From positions 103,679 to 167,678 of the forward strand of contig QPGO01000099.1 of the NCBI GenBank assembly GCA_008632985.1: a stretch of DNA of 64,000 bases, given 5' to 3'. Shown here piece by piece: positions 11,562-25,225 of the stretch; within the stretch, counting starts at the first letter, position 1, and the number at the start of each line of letters is the position of its first letter. The translations under genes and the position numbers were made by a program. This DNA is from Psammoneis japonica (taxonomy: Eukaryota). The notes beneath the pieces were generated by a model, which saw only the letters and a program-made list of their open reading frames with translations, had not been told where the DNA came from and ran no database searches.

Positions 11562-12337
11562 GGTTGTTATAGCTTTTGTTGTTTTCGTTTGATTGGTATG
11601 GTTGCGTTGATACTCCAATCGCAAAAAAGAGAATGGCAACAACGTTTGCACACCACGAAGTGTCGCGTCGTGTGAAAAAAGGCGGTTGATTTTTTCGACC
11701 CGGTTTTCGCCTGCCGGCCTCTGAATTTGTTTGTATCAAAAAACAGAGTCACCAAAACATGTGCTGCTGACATGCGTTCTATTCTTTTTCGATAGTAATC
11801 GAGTAGTCTGTATGCACATACTGGATTTGTACGTTTATCAATTCGGGTCGATTCTTGTTTTCGCCGAGAAACGGTCATTTTAGCGACAGCGATCTGCACA
11901 AACAACTAAACAATCGATAGTGTTGTATTATCATCTACAATCACAAAGCAATATATATTTAATTTTGAATGTTTAGCATTTCCTCATAAAAGCGATACTC
12001 TACACGCAATCCCGCTACTATCAACCTAATTGTACACTAACAATGATGGAACTCATAGTAAATTCAATTAGAAAACATCAACATGAATGTTGTTATAAAA
12101 TTTTGCGCTATCTGCAACAAGGGAGCGTTCGTTTGACATGTTGAACTCACGAAGATTTGAATAAACTACTATCGATTTGCTCTTCTGCAGGAGATTGATT
12201 TTGAGAACATCCGAGAAGGATTTCTCGAAGCTTCACTGTCTTCTGTCGCGGCTACGAGTATGTGTTTGCTTGTTGCGTGTCACAATGCTGAAAGACACAC
12301 AAAATGCAACAACAGCGACAACATTATATCAACTCTT

Positions 12338-13093
12338 ATGCAGATTATGAAGAAGCTCGTGGTATTGTATGGCCAAGGCGGCTTGTCGGATGTGGGACGA
12401 CACGCCGTGCAAGTGGCGCTCGAAAAGTGTTCGTCCGTCACGGTTCTTACGCAGCATCCCGAATCATTGGACGAACCAAATTGGAATTGTGGTTGTCCCG
12501 AGCCACATGCTTTTACCGAGGAACAAAAGTCCAAACTTACAATGGTCCCAGTTGAAAAGTGGAATGATGAGACTCTATACAATCATTTTGAACATGCTGA
12601 CGCGGTAGTGAGTTGCATCGGCAATCGACAGCCCACGTTCATGGATGTGCCAAAGTCATCCTGGTGTGCTCACGAGGGAAACCAAATGGTAATCAAGGCC
12701 ATGAAGAAACACAAGATGAAGCGCGTCATCGTCTTGTCGTCGTTTGGTGTAGAGGACGATTGGCCTCCGGGAGAGTTTCATTGGGCTGGTAAAATTATGA
12801 GGGTGTTTTTTCTCACGTGTGCTCGCAAGCCCTACAACGACTTGACCAATATGGAAAGAGCCTATCGCAAGTCGGGACTCGATTATCTACTTGTTCGACC
12901 GGTGGGAATTGGAGAAGATCAAGTTCCTCAAAATGAGTGGCACATTCAAACGGAAAAATACAAGGATACGGATTTGGAAGTCGACATGGCCAAGCTCGAT
13001 GTCGCACGGTACATGGTGCAAGAAGCCTTGGAACCGACCCGTCATGAGGACGCTCTTGTAATAGGTGGAGTCAATAGGCCACATAAAGAGTGA
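12338..13093 (+). CDS. NAD(P)H-binding protein, flavin reductase/BLVRB-like (atypical SDR)
   Basis: KLVVLYGQGGLSDVG, DAVVSCIG, KRVIVLSSFGV, SGLDYLLVRP, DVARYM. Confidence 0.8.
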   Translation: MQIMKKLVVLYGQGGLSDVGRHAVQVALEKCSSVTVLTQHPESLDEPNWNCGCPEPHAFTEEQKSKLTMVPVEKWNDETLYNHFEHADAVVSCIGNRQPTFMDVPKSSWCAHEGNQMVIKAMKKHKMKRVIVLSSFGVEDDWPPGEFHWAGKIMRVFFLTCARKPYNDLTNMERAYRKSGLDYLLVRPVGIGEDQVPQNEWHIQTEKYKDTDLEVDMAKLDVARYMVQEALEPTRHEDALVIGGVNRPHKE

Positions 13094-13189
13094 CTTTATC
13101 ACAGCATGTCGTGCAATGTTTCATCCTTTTTCAAAAGCGCAGAAGAGTAATGTGCTTATTGCTTCCTTACCGCAGAAAGGCATGAGAAG

Positions 13190-16100
13190 CTAATTTTTAG
13201 CAAAAACAACTCCAAGACCCAGCAGTCGATTCTTGCGGTTGTCTTCAAGTTTTCTAGCCTTCCATGCTTGCCACTGGGTGTGAATCCAGTTTCCAAACTT
13301 CTTTCCCATTTTCAATGTGCCTGCGAGGCACTTTGCAATGTCCCTCCCGTTCCTTGAATTGTTGGAGAAGTGAAAACATTGTCTCCCATTGGTCTTCCAA
13401 CACGTCCCACTCCACTCCAGCCTCCTTCAGTCGTTCCTGTCGAGCATCGTACAGTTTCACTTTTTTTTTTTTGTCTGCCCGCTGCTTGTGTGACCAATTT
13501 CCAAGATTCATCCCATCCTCCTTGTGACGAACTGGCACCCTGCAATGTCCCTCCCATTTCTTGAATTGTTTGACAAGAGAAAACATTGCATCCCATTGGC
13601 CTTCCAACACATCCCACTCCACTCCAGCCTCCTTGAGTTTTTTCTCTAATGACGTCAAGCTGCTTGGCCTTGTGTTTTTTTTCATTTCCCCTTCAACCAT
13701 GCTCCAAGGGCAATGCCATCCTCAACATGTCTACGAGGAACATTGCAATTGCCTTCTCTCACCAAGTGGTGTGAGCCAAAAGCAGGTTGCAACCACGACT
13801 CCATTTGCCCTCATTCACCTTCCACTTGACACCAGCCTTCTCAAGCTTTTGTCAATGAGAAATGTCCAGCATCCCATTCTGTTTGGCCTGCCACCCATTG
13901 TCTGCTCAACCATCTCCCCAAATTCATCCCCTCCTCTTTGTGGCTTTGAGAAACTTGGCAATTCCCTTCATGGCCTGCATGCACTAAGAGCAAATCATGC
14001 ACGCAATCCCAGGAACTCTTGTCATTGCATTCAATGATGGCGCAATTCATGACATCATTTTTCATTTCAAATGACATTGAATTGGGGGGAGCACGAAGGA
14101 ATCGAGGACGCGAGGAGGGAACTCATCATCTTGCAAAGGCCCTCCAAGCCTGTCACTCTCTTCAATCATGAACAAGATGTCCTGACGCAGTTCAGGATCG
14201 AGACCAACCATGGCCTCAAAAGCAGCTGCAAAAGTTTTGCATCCATTGGCATCCTTGGATGACAGCTCTTCATGAGAAGCAACTGGAGCGGGAACAAGAG
14301 CGCAACCACGGTTTTTGCCAATCCCTTTCTGGCTTGCATGCCCAATCATTTTGATTTGCAAAGACTGAACTGCAAACAGGGTCAGCCATTGCAGCCAACT
14401 CCCAATCCACCTTGTCAACACCTGTTGCCAGTGCTTTGCAGTTTGCAATGATGGATTTGGGCACAGACTTTGCTTTCATCAAAACCTTCTCCTGCTTTGC
14501 AGCAGACATTTTTGGGCTGCCACTTGCAACAAATGCAGAGATGATGACGTTGCCTCATTGCACTTTTCCAGCAGAATCTGCAAATGCCTGAGCTCTTGCA
14601 TTTGCAGAGTGAAATGAAACTGTGCAACTCACACTGAGTTTGTGAAATGATGTTTGAGTGGCAAACGGAGCTCCAAGAACACCCATGATTTTGCCTCTGT
14701 CCAACATGCAAAGTGTTGCAGGAGCCACAGTGTTGAGCTCCACACTTTCTTGCCAGCTCCGTTCTTCAATGCATGGTCTAAACAGCAGCTTGTTCACAAA
14801 ACTCTGAACGCCAGAAACAATTTGATCAGGGGCGCCTGACTTTGGCAGATGCACTCTAGCTCTGGGTGGGACCTCGTGCTGCTGAACTGTGACATCAACA
14901 GTTTTTGGATCGCACCGCATGTCATGCATGCAGAAAGTTACAAGACTTCTGTGAAATTTTGCATCATTTTGTGGCACACTTGTTGAGCAATCTGTCCAAC
15001 AATTTTTGGCATTTTTTGTTGCAGTGCAATTCTGTGATATCTCAATTGTGCAGGGCAGGTGCATTTGCAAAAATGTGGAGTGGCAAGAGGCACAATTGCA
15101 CAACAAACTTGGCCGTTTGAATTCTCATGCTGCAGAGCTTGTGCGCAGAATTCTGTGGGCCCAATGTCACACAGAGTCCCACCCAGGGCTGGAACACATT
15201 GGCACAAGTGTTTGGGCTCCAAACTTGTCTGGCTTGGATCCCAACATGGTCACTTGTTTTGGGGACTTGGTGTGGCGATGAGGTGCAGCCATTGGAAACA
15301 GATGACAGTCAACTGGAAGCAACGAGTTACAGAGAGACAACAACCAAACAAATTTCCAGCCCCTTCCATCTCGTGCGCCAAGTTTTCTAATGGCTTCTCC
15401 TGCCCTGGGGGCAGTGAGTTGCAACTGCAGGTTGTGAAGGGTGGCTTGTCTTCGCGGGAAGACAGAGATGCCACCATGTTGTTGACGGGTGTCGTGCAAG
15501 CCTCAGAACAGCTGGCTTGGCTGGCCACAATCAGCCGGGAGAGAGGAGGGTCAAACAGCCCCCCAGAATCATCCATGGATTCCAGTGCTTGACCCACCAG
15601 AATCAGTTTTTTGGTGTTGCACAAATTGCCAACTCAGTTCTTGATCCAGCTGGACCCACTCCTTCTTTTGCCAATCTGGCAAGTGTCTCTAAACTGAGCA
15701 ATGTTTTTTCCCACCTTGGTGTGGAAGCACTGCATGGGCCCGGTGTTGATGCTCATCTCTCGGTGACTGAGGGTTGGGGTTGTTGTCTCCTGCCTCTCGA
15801 CTCGACTTGTCCCAGTCACCTCCATGATGATGCTGTGAGATGGGCTCAATTGTGTTGTCATGATGATTGTCATGTTCTTGACATCCGCTGTTTTTCTCTG
15901 CATCAGATGCACTTGCTTTTTCCGGTGGCACCTCAAAACTCCAATCTGTTTGATTTTCTCTGCACTGCTGATGCTTTTTGCTTCTTGACAGCAAAGGATT
16001 CCCACGTCCATCAACCTGTGGTGCCACACATTTCAAAATCTCCATTCTCTCAGCAAGTTTGTGTGTGAGATCAGCCATCATTGTGTCGTCAAACATGTCG

Positions 16101-16230
16101 GTGCTGCTGCTGTTGACGAAAGCTGAAAAAACTGCTGCCAGCAGGTTTTGCGCCAGCATCCCAAACCTTGACCAGAACAAAAGAGAGCCAACAACTTGCA
16201 GTGCAAATGCAATGAATGGTGAGCAGAGAG
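13190..16230 (-). pseudogene. Diverged, near full-length hypermutated copy of the SF2 helicase-HA gene, interrupted by a MITE
   Basis: Translated fragments match the intact gene: KLILVGQ..SRLIVASQASCSEACTT, AHEMEGAGNLFG, KSPKQVTMLGSK.DKFGAQTL, SFHSANARAQAF, ANCKALATGVD, HA repeats. Many frameshifts. Confidence 0.85.
14857..15191. mobile_element. ~335-bp MITE-like insertion with 16-bp imperfect TIRs
   Basis: Left TAGCTCTGGGTGGGAC (14857-14872); right GTCCCACCCAGGGCTG (15176-15191; reverse complement CAGCCCTGGGTGGGAC). It lies between two nearly adjacent parts of the helicase reading frame. Confidence 0.7.
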
Positions 16231-19200
16231 TGTGTGGCATCATTTCAAGTTGACAGAACAATGCAAACAAGAGGCTGCAAAAAGCAAAACCCGGTCACAA
16301 ACGCCATTGCCCTGCTTTGGCAGCATGCAGTTGCAGCCAGATGGGTGGCACAGATTTGAAACAAATGGTGCATGACCAAACAGCAAACAGTTTCCACAGA
16401 CGAGCCCTGCCAAGCTCCTGGTGTGGCTCAATTCTCCAACACAAGTGGTCTTGTCAGGCAGAGCCATGGTGCCAAAACACTCTCTTTTCAGCAAAATGTG
16501 GCAGCACATGTGCAACTTGGTCAGCACTCTCACCTGTTTTGCCATGGTTCCATGTCCTCTGGATTCCAAGCATGCGCCACTTTGACAAAAGCCCTTTTTT
16601 GTGCCACAAGTTCCCCCAACAGTGGTCTTGTCATGACAATGGCTCTCAACAGCTGTGCCGCAAATGGACAAAGAACATTTCTTTCTGCACTTTGAGATTG
16701 CTGCTTGTGTCATTGGAAAAAAGCAAGCAAGTGTGGTGCAGCAGCCACAAGGCTCGCATGTGTGTCAGAGTGTCATCCCTTTGTGACTGCTCTGCTGTCT
16801 TCATGGTTCTTCCATCATCCCACACATGAGCTTTGCCATCACAACCCCTCCGGCATGCAATGCATGAGCTTCATCTGTCTGAGCCACTGCAGCAGCTCAA
16901 AACTGATGCTCCAAGTCTCCAGTTGATGCCTCTTGCAGCTAAAAAGAGCCACGCTGCAGGCTTGTTTTCCACAACTGTGTTGCAACATCTTGCAATGACC
17001 AGATTGTTCTGGAGTTGCTGCAAAAAGTCATGGCCTTGACAACAAACAAACAAACAAACAAGCAGCTCAAAGGTTGCTGCTGCTTGTTGTGCCACACCAG
17101 CACACCAGCTGGCTTTTGCAGCACAGCCCAACACAACCCCAGAGGAGGTCACCTTGTGAAAGAAACAACAAAAGAAAACTCCCAGCTCAGCACTGCACAT
17201 TGCAGCAGGATTCATTGTTTGCAAGAGATGGGCACCCTTGAAACAGACAAATGGAAAAGGAGCGAGGGTGGCTCACAGGCTCTTGAAAAGTCCCCCTCTC
17301 TCCTGGAGGAAGTTGCAGCAGATGTGAAGCAGATTTTTGTTTTGGCTGAGCCAAAGCAGCTCTCAACCATTGAAGTTGGCATTTGTGAGAGTGTGGCCAT
17401 GCTCACTTTAGCCACAAGCACAATGTTGCTGCTGCCGGTGTGGCAAACCATGACACATGTGGAGTGGCTGCCATGCCGCTGCAGCGGTGCTGGCAGAGAG
17501 TGTGCATGGAGAGGTGGTCAAGCAGGCCACCTGTGCACAACAGCTTGTGTGCACAGTGCTGCCCGCAACAGCGAGATCTTGACATGTGCTCCTGTTCACT
17601 TTTTGCAAGCCCAAGGAAGTTTGCCCAGACATGATGACTCTGAGCTTGCCTGTGCATTTGTGCAGGTTTTGCACAAGCTGCCTTGTGGGGTGATGCTTTT
17701 TGATGACAACAACAAAGAGCTTTTTTGTTTGCATGCACACAAACATCTTTTTCAACTTCTGGTTTGGACAGATGAGGTTTGATGTGTGCTTTGCAAGGTG
17801 CAAAACATGTGGACTTTCTGCCAAGATGCAGCAACAGTGTGACATCTTTGACCAAACCTGTTGCCAGCTCACTGGCGCTGCTGTGTTTCCACGGATTGTC
17901 AATGGCAACAAGTCATTTTTATGCTGTGCTTGCAGTCAAGGGTGCCACCTGCACAAGTTTGTCCTGTGGCCAATCTCAGAGAAACAAACAAAGCAACAAC
18001 AAAGTGCCACACTGTGAGTCTCTTGGGTCAAGTGCATCTCTTCTCAAGGTGGAAGCCAGAGAGAGTTTGAACACAAGTGATGCTGTGCCTTTCTCCAGTG
18101 CAACAGTCAAAACTAATTTCTCAAAGAGGCTCATCCCAACACACGCTGAAACTGCCACACACGATGACCCCACTCACAGAGCAAAAGTGAGGAGAAAGCC
18201 ATCAAAACGTCATTGGCTCCTTGCACATTTGGCCCATGGCTGCACAAAGAAACTTGCAGAAAAATGGGCAAAGCACCAGCAGAGTGGGTGGGTGCCCAAG
18301 GCTGCCAAACAATCTCATGGCCCCACAAGAAGATCATGAGTGAGCTGAGTGGTGCCAAAAAACTCAACAGCTGTGGCAGCAGCAGCAGCAAATTGTGCTC
18401 TGGTGACATGGACATGTTGGCAGACTGCATGCTTGTTCCACAGGCAGTGGGAGCCTCAAAAAGCATCTGGCAGACATCACAAAATGCCCAAAATCCACAT
18501 GTGCTTGTGACAGTTGGCTTGGAAAAAAGTCAAAAAAGGAGTGGCCAGTGCCGCAGAAAAGTTGCAGTGTGCCAAAAGCAGCATTTTGTTGAAGATCTTT
18601 CACTTTTTTTTTAAGGACAATCTCCAGCCTCATGCAATGTTGTGGTTGATGCACATGGACATGAAATGCTTTTGCCTTGACAGCGGCTTGGAGCGCAAAC
18701 TCATCTCTGCTCTTCTCCACAAGCAGAGGCAATTTTGTTTGAATGGCAAGGTTTTGAAGTTTTGTCCTCATCTTTGGCTCTGAGGCAGAGGACGCCGAGC
18801 TCTTGTTTTGACCAAGTTCATTTCTTGGCATCTTGGCTGCAAAAGACAAAGGTTGAATGGTGTTGTGCAGTGCGTGCACCAGCGCGCAAGCGCAGCTGTG
18901 TCATGACGGACACAATCAAGTGGGAGCCTGTGTGCTGGCCCAGGGGCCAAAGGCCAACATTTCTCACTGACAAACAAGCCCCCCCCCCCCTGCTTGTTGG
19001 CTCTGCAGATGCCCTGTCTCTGAAGAAACGAGTGCCAGCACGCACTGGAACCGCGTCTGCATGTTGCACTTTGTCTCACATGTTGTTCCTTGTCCTTGTG
19101 TGCAGCTGCCTTGCCTTTGGTGATGGGTGTTTTTGTGCAGAGTGTCAGGTCTCCCCACTTTAACATCCCGGTTACTTTTGCGAGCCGACTCTCGCTTCGC

Positions 19201-19428
19201 TCGAGTCGAGTTAATCAAAACCTTCTGCCCACACCAGGTGAAAAAATGCCGATGGGCGTACTGCGAGCGAGCGAGAGATCGAGCGAGTCGTCGAAAAGAA
19301 ATGATGGCAAATTCGTGATGTTTGCACTAATGCGAACTGCGATGGCGCTTTCACTTCTCTTCATCGCTCGTCGGACCGCATCTTATTTCGCATGAATTCA
19401 ATCGGCATAAACACAGTCAAAAAATACC

Positions 19429-21226
19429 ATGCTGTTCTTTTCCAAGATGCCCATCAGATGGCCCTTCCTGACATTTTTTCTTATCCTCGAACTCAGCTTA
19501 CAAAAGACGGTATGCAGCGCTCAGGAACTGCCTCGTTTCAGAACACCCGCCTTTGACTACAGCATATCGCACCGCCAGAATGTGTGTGACCGGCAGCAGG
19601 CGTGGCATAATAGAACAGTTCTGTTGCGTGACGCACTCGAGGGCCTTGAGCTTCACGCTTGGCTCCCCTTTGGTGCGTTTTCGTCTCTTAATCCTGACAC
19701 CGGGGCGATTGTTCAAGATCAGCCCGGGTTCTACGTTGAAATACTTGATGAAGTTGCAAGACGGGGCAGGTTCAAGTGGAGGGATTCCTTTGGCGTGACT
19801 GATTTAAGAGTAGAAATTGGGAACAGGAGTTTAGACGAATTGCTCCAATGGACGCTTCAAACGTATGACATTGCTGCGGCGCAATGGAGCAAGAACGTTC
19901 GAAGAATCAACTCAGGAGCGAGCTTTCCAGAAGGAGTGTTTGATGGAAGTATCATTATGGTCGGTATTCAGGAGAGCGATTCAAAACTTGACATTTGGTC
20001 CTTCTTGGAGCCTTTTGAATGGAGCGTGTGGGTCATGATCGTTGTCACGTTTCTCGTCGCGGGCTTGACCTACATGTGGAGTGAGTTGTTCTTCGCATAC
20101 GCTGATTACCCTGGAACCCTGTATTCTGGCATCGCTAATATTCCATCTTGTCTCTCGTTTCAATTATACAGTGGAGTGGTTCAATGAGGATTCAGATCGC
20201 CAAGAGCTAGGAAATAAGCCCACAGAAACAGTCTACTTCGCGGCGCTCAGCTTCACCGGCGACATTAAATATGAGCCGAGTACCGACTATGCCCGGCTTT
20301 TTGTTTTTGCCTTGGCCTTCTGGAGTCTCCTCATGGCATCTGCCTATACAGCAAACCTAGCTAGCTTTCTTGTGGTGGAAAACACTCCTTCTCTCCAAGT
20401 GGAAAGCGTCGAACAAGCTGTTCGACTCAACCTTCCAATGTGCGTCCTTGCAGACAGCACCAACGAAGTCGAGGTACTGGATGCCCACCCCGGCGTCAAA
20501 CTCATACGCTTTCCAGCGAGTGGGGGTGAAGAGCCTATTTATCAGGGAGTTACCCGTGGGGAGTGTACATTGGCATTAACGACAGTCGGTAGCTGGGATA
20601 GATATCAAAGAAACAGCAAAGCCAACCGGGAATGCCGACTCTCTTGGATTGGTAGAGTGTTTAGATTTATCCCATCTGGTCTTGCAACCTTTTCTGATTC
20701 TGGAACATTCTGTACCTCTCTCATTCGGGATGTGTTCAACTTGCATCTGCTCGAAATGCATGCAGATGGTTTTATTCGCACCGAGTGGAAGAAAGCGATC
20801 GAAGCCACTGCCGATATCAACTGCGACATGGCGGCTAGTGATACCGACGGTTCCGGAGTGAGTGACTCAAACATAAGACTATCTCTCACGGACATGGGGG
20901 GCTTGTTCATTTTCTTTTATGGTTTAACAGGTATTGCCGTCTGTATGGCCCTGTTTCAAAAATGGAATCGTAAACGAAAGCTGAAACAAAATGTCGATCA
21001 GGAGGAGAGCGCGGTAAATGACGGGGCATCCCCACATGATTGGCATGGTGGCAGTGATTCTGCCGATAAACCTTTGAAATCTGTAAGAGCACAACTGAAC
21101 GAGATGCGTCAGCAACTTGATGACCAAATGGAGACAAATCGAAGAATGGATCAGCAAATGAGCGATATACTCCATGTGCTGGATAGCGGTGAACATGAGA
21201 TGGAAACGTCCCCGGACTACCATTGA
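19429..21226 (+). CDS. Ionotropic glutamate receptor-like channel (GLR), intron 20081-20171
   Basis: N-terminal hydrophobic signal, S1-like domain (GFYVEILDEVA), M1 WSFLEPFEWSVW, M3 motif SAYTANLASFL, S2 domain, final TM LTDMGGLF. A GTGAGT...ACAG intron restores the frame. Confidence 0.88.
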
Positions 21227-21814
21227 GCATAGATGCACGGCAAACAAAGACTTCTTGGTCTTGGCGTTTCTGCAACAACACCATCTACAACGCGACACGA
21301 AATCATACTACCGACTGTCGTGTTCAAGGATGTCGAATGGCCATGTTGTGTGCTCTTTGCGAATCCATCAAGCAGTGCAGCACACACGCAGGACACGTAC
21401 TTTTTCGCTGTATGAAATGTCCATACGGGTGAACCCTCTGTCGGACGTGAAGGATGGAGTCTCCTCGGTAGACGCCGCTCTATGAAAGACTTTAGACACA
21501 GCATTATATTGTCTCTAAAATTATCTGGATTTATGTAGCGATTCTAAAGCTGAATGCGGCACGCAGCCGAGCCCTTCACTGTACAAAAGGGAACAACAGA
21601 CACTGGAATCCATCTTTTCCATCCCAATCCCAGTGCCACGATTTCTCTCAACAAGCTGATCTGCTTTTGCCGTTGCTCCTCAAGCATTGTACGGTATAGT
21701 TCACAGGCTTGCGTCAGACAATGGGACGCTCAGTGGCGTTTATCGTCCATATCCATCTCACCTTCGTACTTCAAACCAAAAGTTACCTGTGAGTTCGTTT
21801 GCCACAACGATCTA

Positions 21815-24800
21815 TCATTGAGGCGAATCTTGAGAACGTTCATTCAATCTCTTAGCGCTTGTCTCTTGATCAAGCCCCGTTGCATAATTTAATTGCTTGT
21901 GAGGCTTCGTGTGATCCGTAAATCGAGAGCGACCTCTGACGCCAGCGCCTGCGTTTTCATTATGCGCTTCTGAGCATATGACAGACTCGCCATGGATCTT
22001 GAAAAGCTGATCTGCTTTTGCCTTTGCTCCCCAAGCAAGGTAGAGTTCATAAGCTTGAGTCAGATAATAGGACGCCCAGTAGCATTTGTCCTCCCTACCC
22101 ATACCGCCTTCGCGATCCATAACAAAGATACCTGCGAGCTCGTTTGCCAAAGCTCTATCCTGAACAAATCCATTCCGCCCGGCGATCGATATTGCGTCAT
22201 CGTACGTCTTTTTCACTTGGTCCCATTTCAATTTCGCATTCGTGGCTCCTCTCTCTGCTTCTAGCAACTTCAACATGTGCAACATACTCCCCGAACCACC
22301 TTCAACCCATTTTCCTATTTGCTTGATCATCTTGCCGGCAGAGATTAATAGATGAATCCGTTTCGCTGGACGCTTCGTGATTCTGGCCACCGCCAACGAC
22401 ACGAGCCCATCCATGAAAGATCGCCGACTAAAGAGAAAGTGGGGATCTGCACCTTTTGCGTACTTACAAGAAGCTATCGCCAACCTCGACGCAAGCGCCA
22501 GGTCACCAAAGTAATACGCAAGCTCCAGACGAAACAGATTCATCGTTGCGATTGTCAGTTGGTCGTTCTTTTTTAGTGAAGTTTCCAATACATCTTCTTC
22601 ATCCATAATGCCGCCGGTGAGCTTAAGGGGGTCGGACGACATGCCCCTGAGGTTAAGAACGAATTGTTGAACAGGCTGCATGGACGCCGCCATCGCTTCT
22701 TGCTTCTACTCTGCCATTTGACGACCATAAGCTTTTAAGTCTTCTTCAACGGCCCCAAGAGATAGACCACTATTCAGATAAATCATAGAATAAGAATACA
22801 CACTACCGAACGCAATGTATATGTCTCCAGAAACCATCGCAGCTTCGTAATTGTGTAAAAGAGGATCAAGACATTCTTGGATATGATGACCGTCTACCCA
22901 GTGATGGATGTACGAGTATGCATAATAATCAACCGTAGGCTTCCATGACTTCTCAATACCGAGCGTTTTCATCATAGACATTGCCAGACCTATACAGCGC
23001 CGACCTTCATCCGTGTGGCCTTCTTTGCACAAAATAGAGCCAAACACAGCAAGTGCAAACGGGCAGAATGGAGAGACACCATTACGAAGCATGAGTTGCA
23101 GCGAACGCACCGTGGAAAGAGTCGTGAGATCATATCTGAACAAACGATGCGTAGTGGTAAGAACAAAAGGACACATGAATTGTGCAACAAGACTTCTGAC
23201 GTCTCCTTTGTTCAGAGCAGGCAGAGCTTGGATATCTTGGTCCGATCGTCGATTGAGCATCTTCTTGTGATAAGTACCTCGGCCCTGATGGCGGGCCAAG
23301 TCGGATTTCTTGACATACGCAGTCCTTCCTCAGCCAAGATCTCCATACAAAAGTCAAGAGCCTCTTCATTCTTCCTCTCGTTTCGCAAAATCTTGCAGAT
23401 GTTGTAAATAGCGATGGTTTTGTGGTGAAACAGCGACGCTTTCGCCAAGATAGTTTCAGCCCGTCGTTTGCTTCGGTCATAGTGGCCACATCCGTACTCC
23501 GCCGACGAAGAGGCATTGTAGAGCTGCAAGCTTAAGTCAAAGTCGTCGTCCCAGTGAGTGTCCGTGTCTAAGAGGTTTATTCCTTTATTGAGATAGGACG
23601 CCGCTGGCACAAAAGCCGAAGACTGCATAGCTTTCTGTCCCGCTTCCAAATTCAGCTTGGCAAGAGCTTTGCGCTTTTCAGATTCATCTTTTGTATATTG
23701 ATTGGAGCCAATATTCAACTGATCCGTTGCAACAAAGAGCATCCAATCGGTGTTTTGGCTTTTGTCCTTCTTTTCAAGTGAGACGTTCCGCTGCTCATAG
23801 ATTAAATCGCCGATTTTCAAGTGCAACAGTTCGCGGTCGGCTCCTGCTGGGATGAGCGAATACGCCGCTTGATGAATTCGGTCGTGAGCAAAACGATATG
23901 CCGCGGAGAGGAGACAAGACTGTCCCTTTCGATAATGCCCTCCTTGATTGCAAGGCGAAGACTGCTGTCAAGACTTTCGCCAACGGGAACATATTGAGAA
24001 GGTGCTTCCTCCTTGTATTCGCCGTCTTGCCCCGAATTCCTTTCTTCGTTTCGTTGGCCTCGATGAACTCCTGGAGCAAATGAGCATCAAATCGAGAACC
24101 AAAGCATGCCGCAAGAGTCAGGACAGACCGCTCCTCTTCAGATAGCTTCTTTCTGATTTTGTTGGCCATTAGGTCCACGACATTGTCAGATATGGAAGTA
24201 TTGGTTCGTAAGCGGTCGACATCCCACCTCCATCGAACTAATCCCAATGAAAATGTTAGAAGGCCATCGTCAATAAGATTTTCAAGTAATCGGATAAAGA
24301 AAAATACATTTCCTTCTGTCCTTTCGTGAATGACGTTCGTGAGCAATAATGTGTCTATTGCCTCCATTCCCAAAACGTCCGCAACGAGCTCATTGGCTAT
24401 CGCTGTTGATAGGTTGCCAAGCTGAATCTTTGATATTTGGACACGGTGATAGTCTTCTCCCTCAATTTGACGCAATCGTACAGCCAAGGGATGGCTGTGG
24501 TTCACTTCGTTGTCGCGATAGGTGCCAATATACAAAACGCCCCTTGATTTTTCATCTGTGACGAGAGCCTTGATCAAATCGAGGGAAGACGAGTCAGCCC
24601 ATTGCAAGTCATCCAGAAATAATACAAGCGGCCTTGAAACGAAACACAGAGCCCCGAGAAGCGAACGAAAGGCAAGGTTCCTTGCTTCAATGCTGCTACT
24701 TCCTGCAGGTGTCAAGCAATCAGAATCTCCTTCCTTCAGAAACTGGGTCAAGTTGGGTATCAAACCCATCAATACCTTGATACTATCTTCTCCGACTGCC

Positions 24801-25225
24801 TCTCTTATAGCTTCTCTAATTTGTTCCACAATGATTTCTCCGCCTGTGCGTAGTGTGAATAGATCGTTAAAGGCAGCTACGACTGCTGAATACGGCTCCG
24901 ATCTGCGCAACAACTCGAATTTTCCCTTCACAAAGATACCATGCTCCTTCTTTTTTCTGTTCAAATGCTGGTCCCGCAGCTTTTCGACAAGAGAAGACTT
25001 GCCTGTTCCAGAGTACCCACTCACCAGAACAAGTTCGCTTTTGCCTCTGGATGTTGTTGTTATTGTTGATGTGGATGTAATATTCTCGTCTGAACAACTC
25101 GTCTCTCCTTCTTTTGCTTCATTCGATGATGACACTCGGTTATATGCATCCAATAGAATCGCAAACTCCTCTGATCTCCCATAGAGCTTGCTTACAGGTT
25201 TCAGTTTGCCGAAATTGTCCGCCAT
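21815..25225 (-). pseudogene. STAND/AAA ATPase (COG3899-like) with helical C-terminus; frameshifted, with an in-frame stop
   Basis: LYGR, Walker A SGYSGTGKS, GKFE, Walker B LFLDDLQWAD, TEGNVFF, YRFAHDRI, YLAWGAKAK. Frame changes near 23900-23960 and 23270; in-frame TAG at 22706 (MAE*KQE). Confidence 0.8.

Noticed and set aside
18600..18850. Possible C-terminal remnant of a DEAD-box helicase on the minus strand
   Set aside because: Similarity too weak to support by eye.
16270..19160. Many overlapping 100-255 aa ORFs as real genes
   Set aside because: Explained by loss of TAA/TAG in the converted domain; no recognisable domains.
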